Part shown: positions 14,582 to 32,151 of the stretch, piece after piece
Position numbering within the stretch: the first letter of the stretch is position 1
How the letters are laid out: each line of letters opens with the position of its first letter
Assembly (NCBI GenBank): GCA_030770535.1
Contig: JASVEC010000027.1
Span: 310,001 to 374,000, forward strand
Origin: Batkoa obscura
Taxonomy: Eukaryota
DNA length: 64,000 nucleotides
Direction of reading: 5' to 3'
Program-made: the position numbers and the translations under genes
The notes under the pieces: generated by a model
What the model saw: only the letters and a program-made list of their open reading frames with translations
The model's database searches: none
Told to the model about the DNA's origin: nothing

Positions 14582-15528
14582 TCTTGTTTTAATAATTAGA
14601 TTGTAATTCTTTACGCTTATATACTATCAACTTGTGCATTTTTATTGCTATTTATTATTATGAATTCTTTAAGCAAATTAATTTACTGTTGTAGTTATTT
14701 ATCATTGTTTGTTATCTAAGTTAATGAAAATTTGTTCAAAGATATATAAAACACCTACTTCTTTATTTTTTTACTAATAAAATAGAAGTTTAATGATATT
14801 GTCTACTATTCTCTGATTTTTTTTAAAAGCTAGTTTCGGTTTTTGTAAAATTGATTGTTGACTTTTCATTTATCTAAAAATAATTGAATTAGCTAAAAAT
14901 CGAAAAAAGAATTCCAAAAACTAGAAAACAGTATTAAAAAATTGGAGTCTCTAAAAACAAAATAATAAATGGTATATTAAATAAATAATGATATTTTAGA
15001 GCATCAATATAGCTCTAAATGTTAGAAAATGGGCTTTTGTTATTGTTACTTGTTTGAAAGTAATATTTTGAGCCTAGTGGTAAGTTGTACCAAGCTAAAC
15101 TAGTTACTTATCTTTTATTTTATTATTATTATCTAAAATAAACGTTTTCGTTTTAATAGATATTAAACTCATTATTCAAAAGTAGAATGTTTAAGTCAAA
15201 CAAGTATTTTTTTGATTTTTAAAATTCTTTTATTTAAAAAAATCTACTTTAAATTTGTTTAAAACCTGATTAAAACTATTAGATTTTTTAGTTTGATTTC
15301 GATTTAAATTTGCAATATTTACTTATAGGATTTAAACTTAGTTAGAGAAGTAATAATTTATTGGCATTTATCTTTGATTTACTAATTCTATAAATAAATA
15401 CCAGATTAAAATTAGCCAATATATAAGATCCTATTTAATCAATTCTTACAAAATAAAATATAAAAACACAACATATAAGCTTGAAACTAATATTAAATGA
15501 CAACTACTTTAGTAATAATAATAAATAT

Positions 15529-17015
15529 TTAATATTCATCAATAGAATCTGGAGATGATGAGCTTAATCTTACACTTTTATGTAAGGCATTGACTGCTTT
15601 CAACTTAATAAAAGCATTTTTATATGCTTTAGCAGCATTAAAAGTTTTATCATCTTTTTGAATTAAGTTAATATTATTATCACAACAATTGGCTATCCAA
15701 GGATGAATTAAAGCTTGTTTGACAGTCATTCTTTGTAAAGGATCCCCTTTTAATAATTTTTTTATAAAATCAATAGCTAATAAAAATAAAATTTAATTTC
15801 TAAAATCATCAATTTAGATTATTATTATTATTATTACCATTTTTTGATATTTTTGGTAAACAACATGAATTATAACAACATTTCTCTTCAAACATATCAT
15901 CTAATAATTGACGATCGGGAAAGGCTTCAATATTATATGGGAAATTACCACTTAACCTTAAAGAATTAGATTTTTAATTTTAATAATAATAAATAATAGT
16001 TTAAAACTTACAATAAATAAGTTAAAACACTAAATTAATAAGATAAAATAATTAATTTATATAAAATTGAAATTATTAATAAATTACCCAATAGACCACA
16101 TATCAATTGGTTTTCCGTAATTGATTTTTATAAATATTTCAGGTGCTAAAAAGTAACATTAATTAATAATTAATAATATTTCAATATTAATAATTACCTA
16201 TATAATTAGGTGTACCACATTGAGTTCGTATCATTTGATCTTCACAATCAAGGATTTTAGAGATACTAAATAATTATATTATAAGAATAAACAATTCCAT
16301 TTAATTTCAATTTAATATTCTAATTTACCCAAAATCTGTTAATAATAATTTACTATTTTCACTTGAGTCTTCAAATAATAAATTTTCTAGTTTAATATCT
16401 TATTAAAATTAATTAATTAGTTGATTATAATTATTAATATAAATTTTATTATTATTATTATTATTACCTCGATGTATTAAATTATTATCATGTAAATAAT
16501 CTACTGCTGATAATATTTGTTTTATCAAATTTCTACAATCTAATTCAGTAAAACTGCCCAACTCCAATAACCGATCTAAAAGTTGGCCACCTTTACACCT
16601 AGAAAGTATATAAATAACAACAAATAATAACAAGAAGTAAATATTTACAATTTAAATACAAAATAATATTTATCTTTGGATTCAAACCAATCTAAAAAAG
16701 GTACAATATTTTCATGTTGATATTTTTGTAGTATGTTTAATTCTCTTATAACAATATCTAAATGACCTTCTTGGTTACTTTTATCAATAATTTTTATAGC
16801 TACTTTTTCATTATCTTTGAGACTAATTGCAAGTTTTACCGTTCCAAAAGAGCCTGTTCCTAAAAATAATATCAAGTTAAATTCTTATTTTATTGATTTG
16901 AGAGTATTGATTTCCTCTTACCAATAGTACTAATCATTTTATATTCTTGTCTTTTTTTATAACTATTTGGTTGAAAATCCAAAAGATGAGTAACTCGCCA
17001 TAAAATTGAGGACAT
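15529..17015 (-). CDS. CaM kinase copy 2, 9 exons
   Basis: Same intron positions as copy 1; GTGSFG, HRDIKLEN, CGTPNYIAPE, tail FNAAKAYKNAFIKLKAVNAL. Confidence 0.85.
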
Positions 17016-17800
17016 TATTTATTTATCTAGAAATTAGTTAAAAAAGAGATTTGTTTGATTTTTATATCTTTTTAAACTTGTTGTCCCTTATATTTTGTTC
17101 CCTTTAATTCATTATGTATGTAATTAAAAATAGTGCCTCATTTACTAGATTTAGTAAAAAACTAGCTTTATAATAAGAACAAATAATAAATTTCATGTTC
17201 TTTAATGTTATTTAAAAGGAATGGCAATAATTATTTTAATAACAATGTTTTATTATTAATTTATAACAATTTTGAATTTATTAAATAATTAAAAATTGTT
17301 TTTTTAGCTTCAACAACTAATAAATTATCTGTAATTAAGTTAAAATTAATACAATTCTAATTTTGATACAAACGATAATGTTACTTCTATAATTTTATTA
17401 CTAATATTTTATTGATCATAAATTACTTTTTATTTTAAATTTTGTTTTAATAAACTTTTGTTTTTTTTAATTTTAATTAATAAATTTTCAAAAATTATAT
17501 TACTTTATCATTTATATATAGAAATAACTTTTAACTTATTACTTTTATTTTTAATTTATATATTATTGAAGTTATCTCTAATATATTTAAATAGTTGAAC
17601 TCTTATTTTATTGTTAATTTCTACTGCTTTGTACTATAAATCATAGCTAAAAATCATACAAAATTAACTTTTTCTAAAGATTTTTATAACCCCACAATCC
17701 ACTCCCGCTTTATTAAATGGAAAAAAATAGCATAAATAAACAAGTTTCTCACATTATTATTAGATTTTTTAATTTTAGAAAAGGCAAAAATATCTTATAT

Positions 17801-17897
17801 GGTGATGTTTTTTTTGATTTCATCACTTTTCCATTTTTAAGCGCTATTTGAGCAGAAAGATTGTTAGTAAAGTTCTTAAACAAAAAAATACATCCCC
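17801..17897 (+). mobile_element. MITE copy D
   Basis: ggtgatgtttt...atacatcccc with ATAT duplication. Confidence 0.85.
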
Positions 17898-18399
17898 ATA
17901 TGACTGTTCAACCTTATTTTTTTTTCCCATTAATTACTTTTTTCACTCATAATAAATCTCTTGTTAGATTTTATCCACTTTTAAGAAATTTGAAAAAAGA
18001 TTAATAGTATTGTTTTAAAAATAAGACCAATTTTTACTTTAAATAACAAATAAAAGTTCTTTTTGATAAAAAAACTGGTTTTATAAGATATTAAATTAGA
18101 TATTTCTATTTATTTATACAATTATGATCCGATTTTAACAAATCGATTAGTACTTCAATTTTATTTTGATTTTTTAAATAAAATTATATTAAATAGAATT
18201 ATTGAAATTAATATAACAAAAAGTAAAAAACTATTCAAATTTTCTCTCAAGTCATTTAATTTATAAAATTTACAAAGAAACGAGCCATAATTTAAAAATA
18301 CTCCATATATACACTGCTACATTAATTGTAATTTACAGTACTATTAATTACTTACTATCCTTCCATTGTCTTCGTCGTTCATCTCAAAATCACTCATTT

Positions 18400-19862
18400 T
18401 TAACACTTTTTATTCAACGCATTAATCATTTTGAACTTAATGAATGTCAATTTATACTTTTTAACTGGACCAAAACACTTCCTATCCTTTTTTGTAGATT
18501 TCGGCTTATTATCACAACTCATAAATATCCATGGGTGTTTCAATGCCTCTTTAGTAGTCATTCTTCTTTGAGGGTCCCCTTTTACTAGTTTTTTTATGAA
18601 ATCAATAGCTATAATTAAAAAAGAGCTGCTGTTTAGTTTTTTGATGTTATAAAGTTACGAATGAGTTTGATCTTACCTTCTAAAGATGTTTCTGGTAAAC
18701 AACAGTGATCAAAACAACATCTTTCTTCAAACATATCATCTAATAATTGACGATTAGGGAAGCCTTCAATCTCATAAGGGAAATTACCACTCAATCTTAA
18801 AAAGTTATTATAAAAAAAGTATATTTTTTAAATATTAAAATGAATTACAATAAATAAGTTAAAACACTAAATTAATAATTAATTTAATGAACTGTATAAA
18901 ATTTAAAATTATTCATAAATTACCCAATAGACCACATATCTACTGATTTACCATAATGAATTTTTAAAAATATCTCTGGGGCTAAAAAAATAATATTAAC
19001 TATTAATTATTATAATATCAAATTACCTGTATAATTTGGTGTACCACATTGAGTTTTTAGTACTTCATTTTCATGACTGAGGAGTTTCGAGATACTAAGT
19101 AAAAAAATAAAGGATAAAAAAATAATTGTTAAAATATTAAATTCTTATAAATACTATTAATTTACCCAAAATCTGTTAATAATAATTTACTGTTTTCACT
19201 TGAGTCTTCAAATAATAAATTTTCTAATTTGATATCTGATTGAAATTTATAAAAGATCAATTGCTGTTATCATTAATCATAAAAAATATTCACCCCTATG
19301 TATTATCCCGTTTTCATGTAAATAATCGACAGCTAATAACACTTGAATTATTAGTTTTTTACAATCTAATTCAGTAAAACTGCCCAATTTAATTAAGTGG
19401 TCTGCTAACTGTCCACCTGTACATCTAAAATAGCAATAGATGAATAACAATAAAATGATAATAGTAACAGTTAAATATTTACAATTTAAATACAAAATAA
19501 TATTTATCTTTGGATTCAAACCAATCTAAAAAAGGTACAATATTTTCATGTTGATATTTTTGTAGTATGTTTAATTCTCTTATAACAATATCTAAATGAC
19601 CTTCTTGGTTACTTTTATCAATAATTTTTATAGCTACTTTTTCATTATCTTTGAGACTAAGAGCTAATTTGACTGTACTAAAAGAACCTGCTCCTAAAAA
19701 TAAATAGAAGTTAATTAAAAGTTTGAATTAGAATGTTAGAGTTGGGTAAAAGTTGAAATTTAAATTACCTATAGTACCAAGTATTTTATAATCTTGACGT
19801 TTGGAATATCTTTCTGGTTGATATGTTAATAAATGAGTAACTCGCCATAATAAGTGAGACAT
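18400..19862 (-). CDS. CaM kinase copy 3, 9 exons, shortened C-terminus
   Basis: Paralog of copy 2; GAGSFS loop, HRDIKLEN, CGTPNYTAPE; ends FIKFKMINALNKKC*. Confidence 0.8.
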
Positions 19863-20553
19863 GTAATTTAATAATTTAAGTCAAATTGAAAGAAAAGTTT
19901 CTTGATTTACTATTACAACTTTCTTTATAAATTATAATCATCGCTTTTTTTTAAAAAGTATTTATACACGCAGAATTGTTCTATTTAAGTCACTAGGTTT
20001 AACCAGCGGTGAAATTCAATTGATGCCTCATTTACTAAGTTTGGTAATTGACGCTCCTTGAAATTCGAAATAGAAAATGAATTTTTAAGAACATTTTAAC
20101 TTATTAAATGAAGCTAGAATCGTAAGGAATTTTATCAATTTTATTTTTATTATTAATAGTTTGATGTTCTTATTCTATTTAAAGATTGTATATTAACATT
20201 ATCAAACTATAAGATAGATTCAAATAGTTATTGACAATAATGAATTGTCAAAATAATTCATTTACTGTATTAAATAAGAATCTCATTTGAATTCTATTTT
20301 GGCTTTTTAAGCTCTAAAAAGGTCCAATTATTAACCTAACAATTCAATAAAATAGATTCAATTTAACAAATATTTATTATTAATTAAATGATATTATAAT
20401 TATGTAACAAGAGCTAAATTAATCTAATATAATAAAATAAATGATTAAGTTTATTAGAATAGAAAATAATAAAAATGTTATTAAGAAGATAATAAAAGAC
20501 TAATATGAATTAGTACATTCAAAGGAAGTTATTTTAAAAACTTAAACTATCTT

Positions 20554-23065
<2,512 letters not shown>

Positions 23066-23430
23066 TTTATATTAACTAATTAAAAGATAAAACTTCTCCT
23101 TTTTTTATTGAATTTTATTATTTCTTTAGAATCTTGTTTCATTGATTGTTTCTTTTTTTTTAAGTGTACCAATAGATGATTAGGCTTAATTGATTATGTT
23201 GTTCCTATATTGTTTTAATCTATTTAGAAAAGTAATTCAATTTCAAGAAGATTCAATTTGAAAACTTGGAAGTTCAATGCTAACAACCGGACTTTATAGC
23301 TGGATATTGCATTTTATCACCAATTGATTTGAATTTTTATTATCAATAAGTTAATAATTATATTGTTTTTATCGTTACTAACTTTTATATAAAAGTAAGC
23401 TGAAAATATTAATTTAATAAAGATCTAAAT

Positions 23431-23528
23431 TGAGGTGTTTTTTTGGTTTCATCACTTTTTCCATTTTTTAAGTGCTATTTAAGTGGAAAGGCTGTTTATA
23501 AAATTCTTTAACAAAAAAATGCATCCCC
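23431..23528 (+). mobile_element. MITE copy E
   Basis: gaggtgttttt...gcatcccc with AAAT on both flanks. Confidence 0.8.
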
Positions 23529-24080
23529 AAATTTTACACTTATTAAAATTAAAATTTTAATAAATACAGTAATGTCCATAGCATGATATTAATTTTAAGT
23601 ATGTTACTACCACTTTCTTATATCAATTGAACTATTTCACTTACTTTAAAAAGTAAGTTTGTGTTCTATATTTTTATTAAAGTGTCACTTATTAACTTTT
23701 ATTAATTTATTACACTTAGAAAAAGTTAATAACTATTTAAAAATTGTACTTTAATTAATGTTCATTTAGTAAATTTTCATTTGTTAATTAGGTTTTCAAT
23801 AAAAATGTTGTAAATATTTTATAACTTTAACGTTTTTAAAATAGTATTTAAATAAAAACTTAATATTGGTTTCTATGTTTTATTTTATTTTCTAAAAGTA
23901 TAAAAATGAATAAGAACGTAGCTTTTATTTCAGTTCCAACTTACAAGTTTTCTAAATTTTATGCTAGTTAATAGTGAACAAATAAATAAAATAAAATCAC
24001 TATTATTAAATATTAACAATAAATTAGAAAAAAGTTTATTTTTATAAAACATAGCTGCGAAAGTAATTATCAAGTTTTAT

Positions 24081-24177
24081 AATGATATCTTTTTTTGTTT
24101 AATAAAATCATTAACATTTTTTCCACTAGATAGCGTTTAAAAATGGAAAAAGTGATAAAATCAAAAAAGACATCCCT
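24081..24177 (-). mobile_element. MITE copy F (degenerate)
   Basis: ttccactagatagcgtttaaaaatggaaaaagtgat...acatccct core. Confidence 0.7.
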
Positions 24178-24655
24178 ATATTTTATACAAATTTCAAGTT
24201 TAAAATAGGAATTCTCTGAAGTAAAAAAAGGTCAGAATAAAAGTTGTTAAAAAAGAATTAAAATATTAAATCTAATAATTTTATCAAAACTTTATGAGAG
24301 AGATATATAATATTATAAGCTTAAAGATCCATTAAAAAAAACACATAATACACATTATTATGAACTAAATTAATATTATAGACTTAAATTAAAGTAGTTT
24401 TATTTAATTTAACATCAATCTTTTTATTAGCATTTTAATTTTTGGATTTGTTCACGTTTTTAAGCTTAGCTATTAAAGCAGATAATATAATTTGACATTG
24501 AATTTCATCCAGCTAATTTATTATGTGTAGTATTTATTTAAATTCAATTGATTTGCTATTTTCAAAATTTATTATCTATTTCATTGGTCAACACAATTCT
24601 AATTATTGTTAAAAAGTTTGGTTTTACTTTTGTCAGTTTTTTATTTTAAGAGATA

Positions 24656-27223
24656 ATGGATCACAGTGATATTTCCCCAAAGCAAATATTCAATGAATAT
24701 TACAACTCTCTTAAAACGCTTAGTACATGTTCAAATACGGTGATATCTCGGTTGACAACGGTTGCCAAGGATAAGCGTAAGTATTCTAATGAGATCATTG
24801 AAGCCATTGAAGGACAAATAACCAAGGTAAGAATAAATTAAAACTTTGTCAATTCCGATGCTTAATTTTGCTTAAGGTCCAGCCAGAATTAAAACTCCCT
24901 TTAATTTATTTAATAGATTCTATAATAAAAAATGAATCAGAGTTATATCCTAGCGGATTTTCTAAAAATATTCGTAAAATTTTTATTGACACTTATCGCT
25001 CTGTTGAACCATCAACTCAAAGAAAGCTTAATGTTGTTTTAGAAACTTGGAAAACAGCTGATTTATTTAGCGCTGACATACTTAATCATATATCTATTGA
25101 ATTGGAAGAATCTGAAAGAAACGATTATGACTCACCCTTAAATAATTATGCTCAAAATAACTCTAATTCTCATTCGGTATTTTGAAATTTCATTATTAAT
25201 AATAATATTTACCCATTGATTAGGGCTATCCTTCATCCGGTGATAAAAGAAGCACTGATTTTGACCACCATCCTGAAAAAAGAAAAGCACAACAAAAAAA
25301 CGTAACCTTTATTTAGTAGTTTTATCTCGATTCTAATTTTTTTTAGCTTCCTAGTCATTTGAAACAAGGATTCAATAAAAGCCCACGCCACCAAAATTTT
25401 CATCCTCAGCAACGACCACAAACTTTTCCATCGCCACACCAGAGACCATTTCAGGGTCGTCAACCTTATCGTCCACCACCATTTAAACCTGGTCAACCCA
25501 ATCAATTTCCTAGACCTCCACCAAGGTTTAATAACGCTCGCCCTCATAAAAGACAAGAAAGACCTGGGTTCGTCGACCAAGATTTTCAACAACCACAATT
25601 TCATCAACTACTTCCCTTTTCCCAACAGCCGCCTTATTTTAATGAAGCAGGTAATCGACCAATTTATCCTCAAGAGTTTTCAAATGGTGAATTTGGTATG
25701 CCAGAAATGGGCCATAACCCTCCATTTTTCCCAGGACAAGACCCTTCTTTTATGGATTCATATGCTCAGGATACCCCCGATTTCCCTCATAATAATCCAT
25801 CATTTCCTCCTCATCAAATGCGTCCTCCACCTTTTGATCATAATATGCTAAATGATTCTTTTGAAGGACCTCATAATGCTGCGCCAATGCCATTTGATCA
25901 TCAATTCCAACACCCAATGAATCCGATCGCACCACATATCCAACCACCACATTCATCTTTTCCACCTATGTCTCATCACATGTCAAATATGCCACCAAAT
26001 AATCATATTAATCCAATGAAACCACCTCATTTTAATCATGTAGCTTTGGATAATTCTATGGTTAGCGAACCCCATAATATTGGTTACCAAGAACCTTCTG
26101 TACCATTCTCTAATACTAGCGCACCTGCAGCTTTAAATGTAGATCATGATTTATTAAAGAGTCTCCTTGATAGTGGAGTTCTTTCCTTTAATGCATCTCA
26201 AGCTTCAAACGAGAATGGAGTTTCTAAAGAACCTATACCTTCATCGGTTCCTATGGATTCTAATACAACTGCCTTTAACTTTCCATTATCTAGTACTGAC
26301 CAAGGGATGGATGTCACTTTAATCGTAAACTTAACTCAAAAGGATATAAATGCGTACGTTTTATTTATTTATTGTTAATTTAATTTATAGTTTATTAAGC
26401 TAAGATTTAAATGTGTTTTGAACTAAGATTATTAAGAAACAAGTATATTAAGTATTTTATTTATTAGTAACCATAAAGGAGCTGAAAAAGTACTTTATTT
26501 TGATCAGACATTACAATGTAAGCAGTGCGGTATCAGATACCCAGAAAGTCAAGAAAGTCAAGAAGAACTTGATATACATATGGACTGGCACTTCCGATTA
26601 AATCGTAATCGTAAAGAAAGAGCCAAAAAGGCACATTCAAGAACATGGTATTCAACGGATTCGGTAATAAAAAACGTAATAAAGATAGTAACTTTTATTA
26701 ATTTTAAATTTTAAGGATTGGGTAGAAAATAAAGAAACTGAATTTGATTATTCAAATGGTAAGGAAATAAAGAATAATTTCAATTTTTAATTAATTTAAT
26801 TTAATTTAAAAATAGAACCTGTTTTCTTTACTCAGTTAGTTAAGCCTCAAGATGAAGCTGCAGAATCAACTGCTAAACTTGAAATGTCAATTTTAGTTGT
26901 ACCTGCTGATCATAATAATAAACCATGTCCTATATGTCACGATACATTTAATACTATCTGGAGTGATGAAAAAGAGGATTGGATATATAAGAATGCTGTT
27001 TTAGTTAATGATGAGGTAATATTATAATATTTAAATTATGGGTTTTATTTATATATTAATAGGTTTTACATGCTACTTGTTATTCTGATAATAAAGCAGT
27101 ACCTAATGATAATAACGATGATAGTAACAATGTAAATTAAACTATTTAAAAATGAATTAAGATTAATAAAATTAATAGATTGGAAGCTTATCTCATATTA
27201 ATAAGGAAGATATCCAAGTTTAA
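24656..27223 (+). CDS. PCF11: mRNA cleavage/polyadenylation factor Pcf11, multi-exon
   Basis: CID domain (KLPLIYLIDSIIKN), Pro/His-rich middle, zinc fingers CKQCGIRY...HMDWHFR and CPICHDTF...W...NAV...HATC. Confidence 0.92.
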
Positions 27224-27568
27224 ATTTAATTGAATTTTATGTTGATAAATATGCAACACAAATTAACACCATAATTTGAATTTCAATGTTTCTTAACGGT
27301 ACTCTTAATAGAAAGTAAGAGTCTTTTTCTTTTTCCATTCTTTCCCTTTTATTTTCAACATTATCGAATTGCAATATTCTATCACTTTTGCTTTAGGTGA
27401 CATGTGTTTCTTTTTTACTTTTGCAATAAACTTTTCTTTCATTTATTTTTATATCTTTAACATGATTGCATTTACATTTTTAATAGATAAAATAACTTTC
27501 AAGTAAGACTATTTAGTATAATTGGTGGTATAGTATTTTATGTTTAGACTCAATATCATCCATCATAT

Positions 27569-27665
27569 GGGGGTGTTTTTTTGGTTTCATTATTTTTTCT
27601 ATCTTTTAAGCGCTATTTAAGTGAAAAATTGCTAGTAAAATTTTTAAATACAAAAATATATCCCC
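27569..27665 (+). mobile_element. MITE copy G
   Basis: gggggtgtttt...atatcccc with ATAT duplication. Confidence 0.85.
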
Positions 27666-27856
27666 ATATAATTTGATAGTTATATCATTTGTTTAAATTT
27701 CATGACTTTAAAAACTTTTTAATTTAATTACATCAAAAACAATAATAAAAAATATAAAAATTTAATATAGGCTATGAGTTGGGAAAAATTTATACTTGAT
27801 TACAGGATTTAGCAACAGTAATATTTTTATTTATTACTATATATTATTTATAAACT

Positions 27857-28623
27857 TTATTCAATAGAATTATTTTCAAATAAAAAGAACTTATAACTAA
27901 TATCATTTTCACAAACATATACTTCACCATTTTCTAACTTTTTTAAAGCTGGAAGCACTCTTTTACTTTTGAATTTATTTAACCATTCCCATGCTTCAAT
28001 AGTTATATCTTTTTTAGATGACTTTATAGCTTGATATTCTGGAAAGAAGGTATCACAAGGTAATTCTGGATGGTCAAATAACTCGGTAATAAACCATTTA
28101 TTACATTTTGGATGTTGAATAGCTTGAGTATAAAGTTGACTACCACCAATAACAAAAACTGAGCCATTTTTTGTTAACTTATTTGCTAATACTAATCCAT
28201 CTTCTAAAGAGTGTACTATATGAGTATATTGTTTTAACTTTTCATCACTCATTTCCCTATAAAATAAATTGTTAACATTATTTTATCAAATTTAACTAAT
28301 AATTATTACAGATTTAAATCTTTGTTCCTTGATACAATAATATTGATACGATTTCTGAACGGTCTATATTTTATTGGTACACATTCCCAAGATACTCTTC
28401 CCATAATTACTACATTATTAATCATATCGTCGATTTCACTTGTTTCAAAAGGTTTATCTTGATTAACATTCAAGTGCTTTGTTACTTTCTCATAGAACGT
28501 CATATCCGTATGAATAGGTGTTTTAATCCACGGAAGGTCCCCTTGATATCCAATACCCCTTTCTTTTGTTACAGCAGTTATTAAACTAAAGTTTGGTATT
28601 TCATTTTTAGTTTGATTTGTCAT
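27857..28623 (-). CDS. DFR1: Dihydrofolate reductase, 2 exons
   Basis: GIGYQGDLPW, NVVIMGRVSWE, RPFRNRINIIVSR, FVIGGSQLY, CDTFFP; one intron at about 28257-28309. Confidence 0.95.
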
Positions 28624-28702
28624 TTTAATTTAACAAGTCAATTTATTTATTTTTTCAAAACTATTCATATATTGTTTTTTAATCAATTTTATTCTACAAA
28701 AA

Positions 28703-31351
28703 ATGGCAAAAAGTAAAAAGGAATAAGCAAGAGGGCTTTAAAGAAAAGGATATAATAGAAGACCAAATAAAACAAAACTGAAGTACAGCTGTTTATAAAC
28801 TTGAGATAAAATTAGGGAAAAAAGAAAGGAGTTACTGGCAACTATATGTATAATTTGATTAAATCAAGAAGCAAACATTTATTATAGCTGAATAGTTGTT
28901 TATTTTTGTAGCTATACCACTTCCTAATCAGTCAATAACATTGGGTAAAATTCAACAGATTGCAATTTCAAAGAACTTGATTATTAAAGATCAAACATAA
29001 TAATGCAAATGTAATAAAAGGTAGATGTATTGGCTTGTTTATAAATTCATTTCTTACAATATTAATAAAGACGTCTTACTTTGAATGAAAGGGATAATAA
29101 ATAGAAATGAAAGTTTGATGTTGTTTTATATAAAGGAATTGAATTATATCATATGTAGATTAATACTGAATCAAGTAGTTATTTTTTAATATCAAATAGA
29201 ATTAAAGTAACAATACCAAATAAAGGACCCAGCTGTAAGGAAACTGAGTCTAGAGTTATGTGAAGAAAAAATTAACCAAATTAAAAAAGTAGGGCCAAGT
29301 TGTATTAGACATAGGATGGCATTTAGAGTAAATAAAAAAACCATAGTCTGATACTCAGATAAACTGATGTTATATACATGTAGTAATATGACACATCTAT
29401 ATGATGGTTTATGTGAAGGTGTGATACTATTTTTAAACTCTTGGCTGATACTTGGAATTAATATTAGTAAAAAATATCATGATAAAATAAATCAATTTTC
29501 ATTTCAAGATTCCCCCAATTTTTTTTCAACTATTAAAAATTAGATCCATTATAAAAAGCATTACAAGAAAAGGGTAATTTCTTCTTTGATACAATAAACT
29601 TTATTAATGTTATTTTAGATTCATTTTTTAAGGTGAAAGATCAGATATGGCCAAAGAAAGTAGCCTGATTTAATCATGACATTTCTTTATTACTTTTATC
29701 TATGCTTATCAATCAAGAGTTAAGATGCTTGGGAATTCAAAACGTTATTTAAATTTCTTAAGTCAAAACACACTTGAAGGGTAAATTAAATAAGTTGTTA
29801 CTATTATTATCATTTATTTATTATCATTATTAATAGAGAATGGTATTTATAGCCCTTTTTCAATGAAAAAATATTAAATGAATATAAAAACCATCAGTAA
29901 GCGACAATAAGGGAACAAGATTATTTAAAGTCATCTTTTTGTATGGGTTATGAATATTTATCGAATCACAATGACAGCTTTTTAAATGATTTGTTCCAAA
30001 TCATAGAAGATTTACTGATAGAGGTAAAATCACGTTTTAAAAGTAAGATTATTTCAATTTGTATTCGTTTAGTCAATATCTATACTTTATGAAAGTTTAA
30101 TGACATTTTACGATGAAATGCACCTCAATGTATTAATCAATACTAAAAAAATAAGTCATTCAGAAGATTTGAAATGTTTAAATAGCATACTAAAATTAGT
30201 ATTATAGATTTGAGGATATTAAATTTACAAAATTAATAGTTTTATTATAATTTATATTCTAAATATTAGTACCAATTATCAATTAAATCAATACAACTTA
30301 TCAAGTCAATTTTAAGTTCAAAAAGTTCGTTTTATTTTATTTTCCATTCGCTTCGTATATGACGTTGTTCCTTGATACAAGGTTAATTTTGATTTATCAT
30401 TATATTATCATAGAGATATTGATCTTATTTTTAGGTTTTAATTTTAATTTTAGAAATAGATATAATAACAACTGATATACCTGGAGTATATTTGTCAATA
30501 TACAAAGAATAAGATTCAAAATAGTTTCAACGGTTATTTAACCATTTATTAAATATGTTAAGGTATAAAAAAGAATCGATGTATAACATTTCAGCATTAT
30601 ATTTCTATCACTTATGCCCTCATCAACATAGTTTTCAAATAGTGGTGATAAGAATACAATAGGAACTTCGTTTAAGGTAACTCTTTATAGATACAACTAA
30701 TTCATAGCCTAATAATATTAATCAATAATCAATTTTTCAATTTATTCTTAAGTATATGTAAATCCTTAAAGTTTCTTACACAAACTAATTAAGCTACAAT
30801 TAAATCCTGGCTATATTAACAAAGTCATATTATTCAATGTTTATAAAAAAGATGATATAGTAATTTAAAATTAAACTATTAATTTAATGAATATCTTAAT
30901 AATTTGTCAATTAGCCAATCCAATGAAACAAATAAGGTGAATTTTAGAAACAAATATTATTTTACTGAGGCCCTTTTTATTACAATTGCTCAATTATGTT
31001 ATAACTCAGTTAATAAAAAGTAAGTCAAGAAAGTGTATATTAAACGTATTAGATTATTATTCAGTTATGGTTTCATACAATATGCTTTGAAAATACTAAT
31101 AAGATTTTGATCTCAATTCAAAATTCAATCACTGGTTTATTTTGATCCAAAGATAAGAAATTAAATTTTCTAATTTGGGTTATGAAGATTTAAATTGTTT
31201 TTAAATTCGTTTTTATTTGTCAGCCCTAACATAATCTCTTTATAATTAGATTTGTAAACTGAATTCAAGTACACCCAATTTCAAACAAAATCACAAACTT
31301 GATTAGAGTTCTATTATTACTTTAAATTAGATTTTAGATAATATCCCTTAG
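28703..31351 (+). pseudogene. IPI1/TEX10-like pseudogene, intron-containing duplicate of the gene at 1-1696
   Basis: 29718-31351 is colinear with 1-1696 but carries many stops and frameshifts. 5' remnants read MAKSK, KLEIKLGKK, KSR.IPLPNQS, SKNLIIKD, NMTHLYDG, resembling the Ipi1/TEX10 N-terminus. Confidence 0.75.
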
Positions 31352-32151
31352 TTTTTTATAGAAAGCTTTGTATTTAACATATAATTATAGAGTAAATAAT
31401 TGATACTTTATCGTCGTTTTGTTACTTTTTTAATTTATGTCTTTAACCCATAACTTTGTAAATATTAAAATATCTATTACTATAGCATACAGTTTATTTG
31501 TCTTAAATTTATAAATTCGACGTTTCATTTGTATTAAAATTCTATATAATAAATAACAGAGGGTCTTATATTGAGTTTGATTACTGTTGCTCTTAGTATT
31601 TTATTTTTTTTATGTTTACTACTAAATTATTAAATGCTATATAAAAATATAAGTTTTGCCCTTGTTTATAGTAATCATAATTACATGAATTAGTATTTGG
31701 CTATTATTTTGATAACGTATATAAAACAAAATGTTCTAGGTTTAGACTTAATACTCTAATATCCTGTTTTAAACACGTATATATATGAATAGTAGTTAGC
31801 TTACAGCTGCATAGTAACAGACTACTTTTCTGTTATTTGACTCTAATTTTCGGTAAAACTTCATTTTTTATTGAACTTGGTCTCAGAAAATCCTCATAAA
31901 TTGATTTCTACACAAATTTGTTATGATCAAGTTATACTCTTATAAGATTCATAAATTGTTTTAGTTTTAATAGAAGCTATATGGGGATGTCCGAATTGGT
32001 TTCAGAATTTAACTGGAAATTAATCCAAATTTTAAGCTTTAAATTTGTAAATCTTTAATGTATGATTAGCTAAATTTAAAAAGCTTAAAATTAAAAATTA
32101 AAATTTAACTTAAAAGACTTATTTTATTTATTTTATTTTTTTAATTATGTT

